From Oikopleura dioica (Eukaryota; Animalia; Chordata): a DNA stretch of 64,000 nt. The stretch lies in assembly GCA_907165135.1 (NCBI GenBank), contig OU015569.1, positions 5,828,001 through 5,892,000 of the forward strand, written 5' to 3'. Positions within the stretch are counted from its first letter, which is position 1; the number at the start of each line of letters is the position of its first letter. Under the pieces are notes generated by a model that searched no databases, was not told where the DNA came from, and worked only from the letters and a program-made list of their open reading frames with translations. Of the stretch, positions 25,780 through 38,189 are shown one piece after another. A program made the position numbers and the translations under genes.

Positions 25780-26316
25780 CTAATTTCGTCGTCGTCGAGA
25801 GCCGCGCACTTGTGGTAATGGCTTTGAAAGATAAGTGATCATTTGTTTTTGCTTTGTAGAAGCATTCACAATGCGATCGTAAATTTTCTTAGTGTTTTCT
25901 TTCGTCCCACTAAAAACGCATCGGTCCTAGTTCTTTCTTGTTTCAACTGTACGTACAATTGTTCGCGAAGTTTAGGTGTATCTTTGCCTCGAAAAACATC
26001 AGTAACACTGCCGCAGAGTTGATGCAATTCAGCCTCAAGGAAGTTGTACTCTTTTCTCATGTCGTCTGCAATATTCAATCAAATCGATGAACTACTAAAG
26101 AGTAAAGAACGTACCAAGAATGCGGTTAGCAGACTTGAAACGAAGCTTGTGTCTATCATCGCCAGGTTGTCCGTATCGCTCTCGCAAGGCCACTCGGCGT
26201 TCGGCGATGAGCTTCTCGAACTTCCGCCGCTGCTGTTCGGGCATAAACGCGCTTCTTGCTTCTTCAGGAACGGGTTCTAGCGTCGGTAGCGCCAGGTGAG
26301 GGACACGCGCGAACAT
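25780..26316 (-). CDS. Hypothetical charged helical protein (about 145 aa, 3 exons)
   Basis: Adjacent ORFs join through GT-AG introns to give MFARVPHLALP...RERYG...DDMRKEYNFLEAELHQLC...VRGSRRRRN*; no family recognised. Confidence 0.45.
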
Positions 26317-26672
26317 TGATTTTCTCTACCGAAGATTGATTTCTGAAGATGCGCGGTTTTATTCATTTATTGATAATCAAGATGAGAAAATCAAAGCCAG
26401 TTTATAAAAGTGTTTATAGAACTGATTGTTAACTTGATTTATTTGGAAACAAGTACTCTTAGTAAGAATTAAAGTGAGAAATTACTGACTCCTCCCCGAA
26501 TGACACCAATTAGCATTTCAATACAAACCATATGCAGAAAACAGTCAACTTCATTCCAACAATAAGAAAGTCCGGTAAAATACGCACTCATAGTAAAGCG
26601 ATTCGGTCCTTCCAAGAAGGGCAATTTCTGTTATGGGTTTTTGGAGCGATTTCTCGGTCGCAGTAACGGGCG

Positions 26673-26712
26673 GCTGGCGGCGCGTGATTGGCCACATCGC
26701 GCACTTTCCACG
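26673..26712. promoter_or_regulatory. ERSE/UPRE-like elements in the divergent promoter region
   Basis: The minus strand reads CCAAT-CACGCGCCG-CCAGC (ERSE is CCAAT-N9-CCACG), and CCACGT lies at 26707-26712, about 150 nt upstream of an ER oxidoreductase ATG. Confidence 0.35.
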
Positions 26713-26861
26713 TAGCAGAAAGGGTCCATCCAAGTTTCGCGCGTTCCCTTCCATTCTACTCTATCCAGAGCCAGACTTACAGAGAGCGACCACTCGATAC
26801 GAACCCAATTAACCTCGGCCCACGAAATTAGTAAAAATATTAAAAAAAAAACAATTTTAGA

Positions 26862-28606
26862 ATGAAATTTCTGTTGGGAGTTATCGCCCTTGCCTCCGCT
26901 TCAGTAAAAGAGGAACTCACAGGGGATGAATTCAACGATCTCAAGGACAAGAGGTATCCATTTAATTAGAGTGCTAGGCTGAATAGTGTTAAGTCCTCTT
27001 TTCGTGAAATTTTACGCCCCATGGTGTGGCCACTGCAAGAATCTGGCGCCAACGTGGACTGAACTCGCCGAAGAGATCAACCCCGACGCTGAGTGGGAGG
27101 CACAGATCGTTTCTGTCGACTGCACACAGTACAAACAAGTTTGTGCTGACAACGGCGTCCAAGGATACCCTACTCTCAAGCTCTTTTTCCCAGGCGAAGC
27201 TGAAGGAACCAAGTAAGCGATTCGTAGGAACTCTGGTTATTCTCAAAACAATTGTAATTTATCTCATTTCTTTAGGTATCAAGGAGCCCGATCCAAGCAA
27301 GCGCTTTCCGACTGGCTCGATGGTGAGCTCGCCAAACAATTCGATGATGCCGTAGATGTGGCAAAGGATGCAGCAGCTACTGCTGCTCCAAAGAAGGGCG
27401 AAGTCGCCGCACTCACCGCCGCCACTTTCAAGAGCACTGTCGCCCCAGCTGAACAAGTCACTTTTGTCAAGTTCTTTGCTCCTTGGTGTGGCCACTGCAA
27501 AAAAATGGCACAGACCTGGGTTGATCTCGCTAAAGATCAAGCCGCCGTCGATAATGTCGTTATTGCTGAAGTCGATTGCACTGTTGAGCAAAGTGTCTGC
27601 CAAGAAAACGGAGTCAAAGGCTACCCAACATTGAAAGCCTTCAAGGGAGGCAAAGAAATCGAGAAGTACGCAGGTGGCCGAGATATGGCCTCCTTCAAAG
27701 GTTAGATCAAAATCATGGTTGATTTTTTAACGGAATACCTCTTAGCCGCCCTAACTAAGTATACCGGTGCTAAGGCTGCTCCTAAGGCCGAAGAACCAAA
27801 GGCCACCGCTTCTGGCTCTGGCTCTACTGATCTTACAGCAGACAACTTCGCTTCCAGCATCGGAAATGGCAACTGGTTTGTCAAATTTTACGCTCCTTGG
27901 TGCGGACACTGCAAGGCCATGGCCCAGACCTGGGAGGATCTTGCAAATGCCCAGACAAACTCAAACCCCAAGGTATTGAAGGAATTAACCATGACGACAA
28001 AGCTCGTTTTCTTTAAGGTGAACATCGCCTCCGTCGATTGTACCCAGCATAACGATATTTGCAAAGAAAATGGCGTCAAGGGTTTCCCAACTCTACTCTT
28101 TTTCCAGAATGGCAAGAACCTCGGCAAGCACCAAGGTGGCCGAGACCAGAAATCCCTCGAGTCCTCGATCAAGTCCTTTATCAACCCCAACGCTGCCAAG
28201 GAAGAAGAGAAGAAGGCAAGCGCCGGATCTGGTGAATTCGATGCTGCTATGGCTGGCAAGCATACTTTCGTCAAGTTCTTTGCCCCATGGTGCGGTCACT
28301 GCAAAGCTATGGCCCCAGCTGTAAGAAAAGCGGCGAAATGATATTATTTTTATAAGTTGTTTTCAGTGGAAAGAACTCCAGGGCGCCTTCGAAGGTTCAG
28401 CCACTACTCAGATTCTCGACGTCGACTGCACATCTGATGAAGGCAAGCCCTTGTGCCAGGCTGCTGGAGTCCGCGGATACCCAACTCTTCAATACTTTGG
28501 CCCAAAGATCGTCCTAGGCTCCGGCGAAAAATACGCCGGCGGACGAGACCTCGCTTCCCTGAAAAAGTTCATCGAAGGCAAGGCCACCGAGCACGACGAG
28601 TTGTAA
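26862..28606 (+). CDS. TXNDC5: TXNDC5/ERp46-type protein disulfide isomerase with four thioredoxin domains
   Basis: Signal peptide, four FVKF(Y/F)APWCGHC motifs, no b-type domains, C-terminal EHDEL*. Confidence 0.85.
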
Positions 28607-29548
28607 AAAAGCAAAACATGATGTCAAAGTTCCCCCAGCGAAAGTCCCAACGATGTTTATTTATTTTATTGATGATGCTATATTTCAATTCGGAATAGAG
28701 CAAAGTGCTGCATCAAAAAATCCCTTACGTTTGATTCTCAATTCTATTTTGCCATTTTTTCTTTCTGTAGTTCACTTGTGCAATACTTATTATAATCTAG
28801 AGACAAATTCTTATCTTCACTACTGATCTCTCCTGTCAAACAGTTGTTACAATTCAAAAATTTCGAATTCCTTTCTAATAGACAAAAACCTATCAAATTC
28901 TTATGTCGTGTTTCCGAGTTCTAGGGCAAATGTAGGCGCTTGTTTTCAGCAATAGCAAAGTGACTAACGCAAGGCTAAACGATGATGTTGACTCAACAAG
29001 TTTTTCTACTTAGTTCGCTCATTGGCTCGCACACGAGTTCACAATAGGTTCATTCTCAAGCACATCATCGACGTCATCTGGCAGGTTTTCGGCTCTGGAG
29101 CGCCCGTGCCAATATCCGAGGACTCGAATACAACAGGCCCAAATCCAATCGCACTTGGAGACGCAAATTCAGTTTAGAGCAGACTCAGCGCAGCACGAAT
29201 GACTATTGATAGAGAGATTTTAATCCGGCCACGCCTACATTCGAAAGAACAAGTTAGACAAGTTCAATATTCCGCCTCGCTGTCGTGTAATTAACAAAAA
29301 GTTAACTCAGAAAAAACTCTTTCATTTTGAATTTCGATTTCATCCCATACTTGAGTAAGGAAGTCTCAAGGGCAGCTGGATTATAATTCAAACAAAAGAT
29401 AAAAAAGATTATTTGAAAACCATTGATCAGTAAAAATCGCTTTGCGCATCGTCATGAGGTGAATTCACATGCGCTGACTCAGCTGCTGGGTTCAATGAAG
29501 ACCTTTTGATATTCGTCACTTTTTTACTACGCGCGTTAGAGAGTCATT

Positions 29549-31546
29549 ATGCTTTTTCAGGAAGAAGAGATTCTAACTTCTGTGAGAAGCGGAAAGCCTA
29601 ATCGTGTTCGAAATGTTAGACGCAGACATCTTTCGACGGGAGATAGCGAGCCCATCATTAGGTAGAATCGTAAATTCGTGAAATTCGATATTAAAATTCC
29701 TTGGTTAGGAATCGATCGGACTCAACAAAGACCATTTACACTGCTGGGAGACCACCATGGTACAAATCTGACGGTGCTGATGGTAAGTTGCTTTCTGTCC
29801 GGCCAAATGCTAAAAATAAAAGGGCCATCTCCCCTTGTGATTGGTATTTGCGGCGGGTCAGCTAGTGGAAAAACTAGCGTAGCGAAGAATGTTATCGAGG
29901 GGATCGATGTTCCTTGGGTTGTCTTGCTCGCCATGGACAGCTTCTACAAGGGAATCACCACTGAGAAGGACAAGGCGCTGGCAAAGACTGGCGACTATAA
30001 CTTCGATCATCCGGATGCATTTGACTGGGAGGCGGTAAATAACAATAAGCCCGTCCGACTGTTAATCTTTTTGTCAAGATGATTGAAATCATATCAAAGC
30101 TCAAAGAAGGAAAGAACGTGGAAGTGCCCATTTATGATTTCAACACGCACTCTCGCTGTGCGGAAACGAAAACTGTCTACGGAGCCACAATCATTATCTT
30201 CGAGGGTATCATGACTTTCCATCTAGAAAAGCTTCGTGAACTGATGGATTTGAAAAGTAATACTCAAACACTCCTATTTGTTTCACACCTAGATTTAGTC
30301 TTCGTTGATACCGAAAGCGATATCCGACTTGCTCGGCGACTCATGCGGGATATCTCTCAACGTGGAAGGTTCAAAGGAAACAGAAATTTCTCTTATAACA
30401 ATTTATTTCTATAGACAGATCAATGATGTTTTGAATCAGTACAACCGCTTCGTCAAGCCTGCCTATGAAAAGTACATTGCACCAACGTAAGAGAGAAAAC
30501 TCTCGAACAGGGAATTGAAATTGTTCAATAGGATTTCACACGCGGATATCGTCGTTCCAAAAGGAGGCAGCAATAGAGTCGCTATCGACTTGATCGTCAA
30601 ACACATCAGACGAGAGCTTGACAATCGCAAGTACCGCGTTGTTCGCAAAACCTCCATACCTCGCAATTGTTCTGATCCAGCTTCTTTGCATCTCTTGCCA
30701 CAGACGCGCCAGTCGATGGGTATACAAGTATGACTCTTTTTTCGCGTTTCAAATGATCACGCAACGATTAAGACGATCATCAGAGATAGAAATACGCCTC
30801 GCAATGAGTTTATCTTTTACTCTGAGCGACTTATGCGTCTTGTGTTTGAATATGCACTTGGCTTTCTTCCCCATGAAGCGCATACAGTCAATACTCCGCA
30901 GGGTTTGCAGTATGACGGTGTGCGCTTTTCGGGCAATGGTCTTTGCGGCGTTTCCATCTTGAGGTATTGAAACAGGGCCTGAGTCGTGGTCAAATTCGAA
31001 ATTTAGAGCCGGTGAGACAATGGAAAAGGCTCTCATGAAAGTGACGAAGGACATTCGCTTGGGAAAAATTCTCATTCAAAATAACCCAGACACAAAGAAT
31101 CCTGAACTCTATTTTCTCCGTCTCCCACGCGGCATTGCTGACGATCATTGCGTTCTCATGGATGCAAGTATTGCCACTGGAGCTGCAGGTGCTTCTCCGA
31201 TAAGAATTTAATTGAATTGACGTCTATCTCCCTTAGCTATGATGGCGATACGAGTATTGCTTGATCATGACGTACGAGAAGAAAATATACTTTTGGTTTC
31301 CTTGTTGATGGCAGCGCCAGGCGTCCACGCCATCGCATACGCCTATCCGAAGGTTAAAATCATCACTGCCGCAGTCGACAAGACTGTATCGAAAGGTAAA
31401 TCATCGCATCATTATTGGAGTCGCGCATTTCTTCGGTAGACTTTCACATTCTCCCTGGACTTGGAAACTTTGGAGATCGATATTTTGGGACGGACGCGAA
31501 CGATTTAATGACTGATATCAAGGAGGAGCCTTTCTCGAGCGACTAG
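29549..31546 (+). CDS. UCKL1: Uridine-cytidine kinase-like 1 (kinase plus UPRT-like domain)
   Basis: [67 protein letters not shown]. Confidence 0.92.
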
Positions 31547-32216
31547 ACGAACCGAAGAAATTTATTATCTGACTGAAAACAGAATGTTCAATCCGTATCT
31601 CTAAAGCACACTGTATCACAAGACATCCGTAAACCTGAACACGACAATAATACAAAAATCTGGCTTCCACAACAATTATTTTGCTTCACTATCTGAGATA
31701 GTGATAGTTTTCACGGGAGCGCGACGGCCCCATTTTCACAATCCCAATTACTCTTATTTGCCATTATTAATGGCATTAATTAAAAATTTTCTTTTTCAAG
31801 AATAGTAGTTTTTTACTTGCTGATTTCATATATCGAATTAAATTTTGGAATATATGTGAGCTTAACCAAAAAAAGTGAAATCTGTATTTCAAGGACAAAA
31901 TTTGAATATTCCTAAATGCTGCTAGAAATTCATTTTTGGATATAATCCCCATCAAACAACTTTCTTGACTCTCTGAAAAACAGCTTCTGCGGGTTGTTGC
32001 GCTGCCTCCAACCATCAGATGACCGAATGAAAGCGACGGCGAGCTAGTGCTTTACGCACATTTTCCCGTGAAAATTCCTAACTATCTCCTCTGCCTATTT
32101 GTTAAATTTTCTATCAACAAAATGAGGGAGAATCTTTAAAAACAATACTTAAATGGAGAGGAAAGAAAAAATAAGATCATTTGAGATCACCATTGAGAAC
32201 GAATTGTTATCTAAGA

Positions 32217-35200
32217 ATGGAGCCAAAATTGTCAGAGGCAGTCGAACAGTGGTTTTCCTGGAATAAAGACGAATCCTCATCGGCCGAAATAAAGGTTACC
32301 TGACGAATGTAAGCTTTGATATAAGTTTTCGTCTAGAGCCTTGTTGATGATAAGAAATATGAAGAGTTGGAGAAATTATTACTTTCACGCATGGAATTTG
32401 GCACAGCGGGCCTACGAGCAAAGATGGGCCCGGGTTTCTCGCAAATGAACACCCTTACCATCATTCAAACTGCGCAGGGTTTGCTCAAGTACGCACAGAA
32501 ACAATTCACAACCGAGGAGCTTGCCACTAAAGGAATTGTTATTGGCTTCGACGCGCGATACAACTCCAAGAGCTATGCCTCGCTAACTGCTTCGATTTTT
32601 GCCCGCGCCGGTTGTCGTGTTCGCCTTTTTTCGAATATTTGCCCCACTCCGTATGTTGCATTTTCATGTCGCTTCTACGGGCTCTGTCTTGGTGTGATGT
32701 GTACCGCCTCTCACAATCCCAAGCAGGACAATGGATATAAGGTTTATTGGAACAACGGCGCCCAAATCATTCCCCCACATGACCGTGGTATTTCTGAAGC
32801 AATTTGCGAGAATTTGGAACCTTGGGAAAGCTCTTGGGATATTCCCCTCATCCCAGATATTTACGAGAACAATTTGATAAGCGACCCAATGGCTGAAGTG
32901 GACATTGAATACATGAAGCTTCTTAAAACGTCATCGACTCGTCTGGAGAAGAATAAAGAATCAAAACTCAAATTCACTTACACGCCAGTTCACGGAGTTG
33001 GTACAAAGGTAATATTGAACTAGATCAAGAATATCTCAATTATTTAAGTTCGTGAAACTTGCGATGGAAACATTCAATCTCCCCGAGCTCATCGAAGTGC
33101 CGCTCCAGTGCAACCCTGACCCTGAATTCCCGACCTCCCCGTTTCCCAACCCCGAAGAAGGCAAAGGTAAACCATAATGTCTATCCGACATTGTACAAAC
33201 TCGCCCTTATATGAACTATCCGTATTGCTTTACATGCCGTCTCCAGCTTCTATTGAATAGCCCGCGTGGCGATGCTCTTTGGATTCCTATAAGACCGGCT
33301 AAATCCATTTATCACAGTTTGATGTCTTGATGACCATCGTCTCGACAATAGATTGATAGTACAAATTTTTAAAGACAAATGTCTTTAAAAGATTTAATTA
33401 AATCTTCTATAGACGCGCTTTTTTAAGATGGGCCAAGTTATTTCTCCGACTTCTTGATTTTAAACCCTGGAACACCATACATATTTGGAATCAGCAGGAA
33501 ATTTTATAAACTTTGACCGTTTTAGTTTCTGAAATTTCCACTTCCGGTCGGATTCTAGAGCCGGAAGTTGACGAAATTTTTGAGTTTGGGCAACTTATTA
33601 CTTATCAAATTGATGCTTAGAAGATTTTGATTCATCCATCTACAAATCATTCAAAAAGAGCATCCCAACTGCGGTTTAACCGACCGGCAAAACAAGGAAA
33701 AATGGCATAAATTTGTGATTTTTCTTTCAGTTTTTAGCGGTTGATTTGACCGCGGTCGGCATTGATTCTTCTCTCAGATGATAGAAAATTTTCTGAGAAT
33801 CAATTTGATAGGTCACAAGCCGCCCAAACTCAAAAATTTCGCCAATTTCTGGCTCTAGAATCGGACCGGAAGTGGAAATTTCGGAAACTAAAACGGTCAA
33901 AGTTCATAAAATTTCCTGCTGATTCCAAATATGTATGGTGTTCCAAGGTTTAAAATCAAGAAGTCGGTGAAATAACTTGGCCCACCTTAAAAAAAGCGCG
34001 TCATAGCAACACGTGATAGGATGATAAAAACCTAACAACAGGGAACGAACTCTAGGTCTTCTAGCAAGACTATTTAGGAGTCCTGAAGCTCGCTATCGAA
34101 GCTGCCGAAGCTGAAGGATCGAACCATGTTCTTGCTTCCGATCCAGACGCTGATCGACTTGCAGTTGTAGAAAAACAAGCGGACGGATCATGGCGAGCGT
34201 TTAGCGGCAACGAACTTGGCGCAATCTTTGGGTGGTGGGCTGTCTCCAACTGGAAGAAAAACGGCTCTCAAGATGGCGAAAATACTTACATGCTCTGTTC
34301 AACTGTTTCCTCCGTTATTTTGAAGACGATCGCCGCCAAGGAAGGATTGAATTTTGAGGATACTCTTACTGGCTTCAAATGGATGGGGTCCCGAGCGAAA
34401 GAGCTCATCGATCAGGGGAAGAGGGTTTTGTTCGCTTTTGAAGAAGCGATTGGATTCATGTTCGGCCAGAACGTCCTTGATAAAGATGGTGTCTCAGCTG
34501 CAGCCGTCATGGCAGAAATAATTACTTCTTTGGACGAAGAGAACTTTTCCTTGAGCCATCAGTTAGGTATCAGTCAATCCTTGCATATCTACAATTCATT
34601 ATAATGAAAGGAGCCACTAGAATAAATGGAGATGATATTCTCCGGTTCTTGTAATAATGCCCCTATATCTTGATCGGGGCCTCAAATATTGCGACGCGGT
34701 TGCCGACACGGATAGACTACTGTGACGGCATCCCTCATCGACGTTCACTAGATTAAATTAGATTTACTACGAGCGTGGAATCGAAGCCAGGCTTGATCCA
34801 CTTCCTCGAGTGAAAGGATGAATTATAGTGTCTGCCTCGAGATCATCTGGCATCTTCAACTTTCGTATCTTAATACCAAACATGAGATTTTGCGTTCAGA
34901 AAACATCTACAAAACTTACGGCTACCACGTGACCAACAACTCATACTACATTTGCCACGAGAAGTCGATCATCAACAAGATGTTCAGCGAAATCCGAAAC
35001 TATGACAAGAATCCAGGTGCGTATCCACAAGCTTTGGGACGCTTCAAGATCTCCGGAATTAGAGATCTTACAACTGGGTATGATTCTCGCGAAGAAGATA
35101 AAGCTGCTGTAAGGCGACTAAAAGAGTATCCGGTGTTGATTTTTTTCAGAAACTGCCAGTCTCAAAGTCCAGCCATATGATTACATTTTATTTTGACTGT

Positions 35201-35428
35201 GGAGCTGTCCTCACGATGCGAACGTCCGGAACAGAACCGAAAATCAAGTACTACTCAGAAATGATCGGAAGGTATCTAAGCTAAGCTCATTTATGAAGTC
35301 TTCAATATTTTGTCTATTTAAGTTCACTCGAATCATGCAAATCCGAGCTCGACGAGCTCATCGAACACATGGTCAACAACCTCTACAAACCAGAAGTCTA
35401 CGGGCTGATCGCTCGCTCACTCAACTAG
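32217..35428 (+). CDS. PGM2: Phosphoglucomutase-2 / phosphopentomutase
   Basis: [62 protein letters not shown]. Confidence 0.92.
33412..34002. mobile_element. Long-TIR MITE / foldback element in a PGM2 intron
   Basis: About 230-bp imperfect terminal inverted repeats (GACGCGCTTTTTTAAGATGGGCCAAGTTATTTC... vs ...GAAATAACTTGGCCCACCTTAAAAAAAGCGCGTC), flanked by ATA on both sides, no coding capacity. Confidence 0.9.
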
Positions 35429-35693
35429 TTGCAATATTTCAAAAAACAGTTCAGCCATTTCCTTTCAGTGTTACTTTTCGCTCAGAAAGCTTCCGCATGA
35501 CTTTTCTCGCTTCTCTGTGTTTTTCTGACTGTTTCTCCGATCGAGAGTCCCGATATCCTGTCTCAATTCGCAATTGAGAATTATTTATTCTGGTGTACCA
35601 CATTATCTGGTGGGTATATTCGTCTGATTTTCAGCTTTATTTATTTAAAATTCTAAAGAAAAAGCTTACCTATTTTGAATTAGACCAGGATGA

Positions 35694-37969
35694 ATGAAAA
35701 TTGATCGTTTGTATTTTTATTCGAGCACTACGAGATGGCTTATTCTTGGCGCGAATGGAAACAACTCGCTGTTTCAAATTTTGCAGATATCCAAGAATGC
35801 AAGCTGTGAGGTTATTGACGATCACAGGCTTTACACGCGTGATGAAGTGGATGGAATCATCAGCATGGCCGTTGGTGCAAATGTTACTCCAGTCGGCTCT
35901 GCGTTCGGAATAATTGGCCTCGTTCGATTTTTCAATGGTTACTATTTACATCACGTCAAGTCCCGTCAGAAAGTTGCTGATTTGAATGGAAAAAGTACCC
36001 AACTTAATATTTCTAAAGGATTTTCATCGTTTTAGCTATCTACAAAATCCTCAAAACGGACTACATTTACATCCCTTCTTCTACCGCGCGTGTGGAGCCA
36101 AAACTGGAAGACAAATACCTCAAGGGATTCGCGTTGAAAGTAATTTACAGGAGGCATCTTTTAAAGTGATTTACCATCGCGGTATTAGTACTTTAACTCC
36201 GTGGATTTGTCTACAGACTTTTACTACAGTAAGGAGCTTAATTTGACACAGCCTTGGCCCAAGTGTGTTTCTGAGACAGACGAGATTGAGTCGCGCTTCT
36301 CCTGGAATCACCATCTTTGTAGGTTCGTGATAGGCTTATCCTTCTCGACCTGAGCTCTTAACTTAGACAGCTTCCAGGGCGGTGGAGTCTGACGTTAATC
36401 CATGGATTTGTTTGCTCCCGTCAGCTCTCGAGCTTGTTCAACAGCCCTGTGCTCATATTGATTGCCCGGCGATCTTCGGAGTTCGCTGGAACAAGATTCA
36501 ATCGTAGAGGTTGCAATTTCGACGGAAATGTAGCCAATGAAGTCGAAACCGAACAAATTGTGTACCGCCCCGGACTTCATGGTGGTATTACGTCTTTTGT
36601 CCAGCACAGAGGCTCGGTTCCTATTTTCTGGTCGCAAGATATGGGATCTGTCCCCCAAAAACCACCAATTGAAATTGATCACAGGATTGGCTCTTGACAG
36701 TTAAATATAGACGAACCCTTAATTATCTAAGCAAGACAAAAGTTCATTTCATCTTATTTCATTTACCAGTATAAAAGCCAAATCAGTGATCCTTGGTATA
36801 CAGCAAGTACGAACCACTTCCGTAAACTACACACTCGATACAGAGGCCCAATCATCGCTCTTAACCTCGTAAAACACAATTCTGGCGGAGAAACCTCCCT
36901 TGGCAATTTATATCAAGATGTTACGAAATACATCAACCAATTTTTACCAGAAGAATTGAAGATAGTTTGGGAGTGGATTGACATTGCTAAGTTGAGGAAG
37001 GAAGGCTCTTTCGCAGAGTTTCAACCCCTCTGTGACGAGCTCACGAAAAAAGTAGGAATAACCAAAACGCCACAGAAGTACCAAAATGGGGTTATTCGAG
37101 TTAATTGCGTCGATTGCTTGGACCGAACGAATCTTACACAAGTCAGCATTGGCCTCGTCGCTCTAGAATTGCAGCTACGAGAGCTTGAAGTTCCCCTGAA
37201 TGTAAACAAGGATGCATGTGGTAGTATCTTTCAAAAGGTTTTCGAGGAACATGGCGACATAATCGGATATCAGTATGGAGGCTCTCAACTTGTGCATACA
37301 CTGAAGAGTTATCGTGGAGAGGATCCTCTGGCCTCCAAGTCCAAAGATATTTTGGCGACGATATCGAGATATTACTCGAACACTGTTTCCGACAATGAAA
37401 AACAGATCGCCTTAGATGTTTTTCTTCTGAAAACTCATCCAGCCGATAGAAACTTGTGCACTATCCAGTTCAGAAGAGATATCTTTAGCTACTTGGAAAG
37501 AGGACCAAAGCTTCTAACAGAAGTTTTTCCCAACAATAAAAATGAAGAAAAGGCAAATGACGATTTCCAAACCTCATTCGAGGAGTATTACATCCCGGGC
37601 ACCATCCGTCAGCTCTCTGAACTCTTTACTTTCAACTTGAGCATTCAATATCGCAACGGCTGGCCTTCACAACTCCCTGGTACTAGTCCCAAGATTACGA
37701 AGAACGTTAACCTTGATTTCTCGCCGGAGCCATTTGAAATTCTATCAAACGAGCCGCTTCAAGAAAACCAACCGCTTCAGTCTACGAAGACAGCAATTAC
37801 TGATTATTCACTCGGATCATTGTGCGATTTTTCTGTTTTATCCAAATTCGATGATTGGGATGATATTCCATTCATTAAATTGAGCGAATATGAGCCTGAA
37901 GAATTCACTTCGCGAAAAATAGAACCAGAAACATATGAAAATTCATTATTAGAAGCACTTATGTGGTAA
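35694..37969 (+). CDS. FIG4: Polyphosphoinositide phosphatase FIG4 (SAC domain)
   Basis: FGIIGLVRFFNGYY, SFVQHRGSVPIFWSQ, catalytic RVNCVDCLDRTN, EHGDIIGYQYGGSQLVH, ISRYYSN. Confidence 0.9.
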
Positions 37970-38189
37970 ACAACTTCAGTCAAGTTAACCTAACGGCATT
38001 CTGTTTTTCATGCGATCTAAGCGTGACTTTGGCTTGTCGCGACGAAGATCTGTTTTTAAGATTCCTCTTCTTTTATTTATTATCTTGATTTGTCTCCCTT
38101 ACAAAGCAATTCCTCGTTTCATTTCTTCAACGAACTTCGATTCTTCAGCACGGAATAGATATTTTTCTTTTTAGAGAGATTTCGCGAAG

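Noticed and set aside
28950-29260. Possible small minus-strand exon (CDWIWACCIRVLGYWHG...)
   Set aside because: No start codon or upstream exon could be linked, and no family was recognised.
31740-32010. AT-rich stretch with the palindrome GCCATTATTAATGGC and a 79-aa ORF
   Set aside because: Low-complexity intergenic DNA; the ORF composition is non-coding-like.
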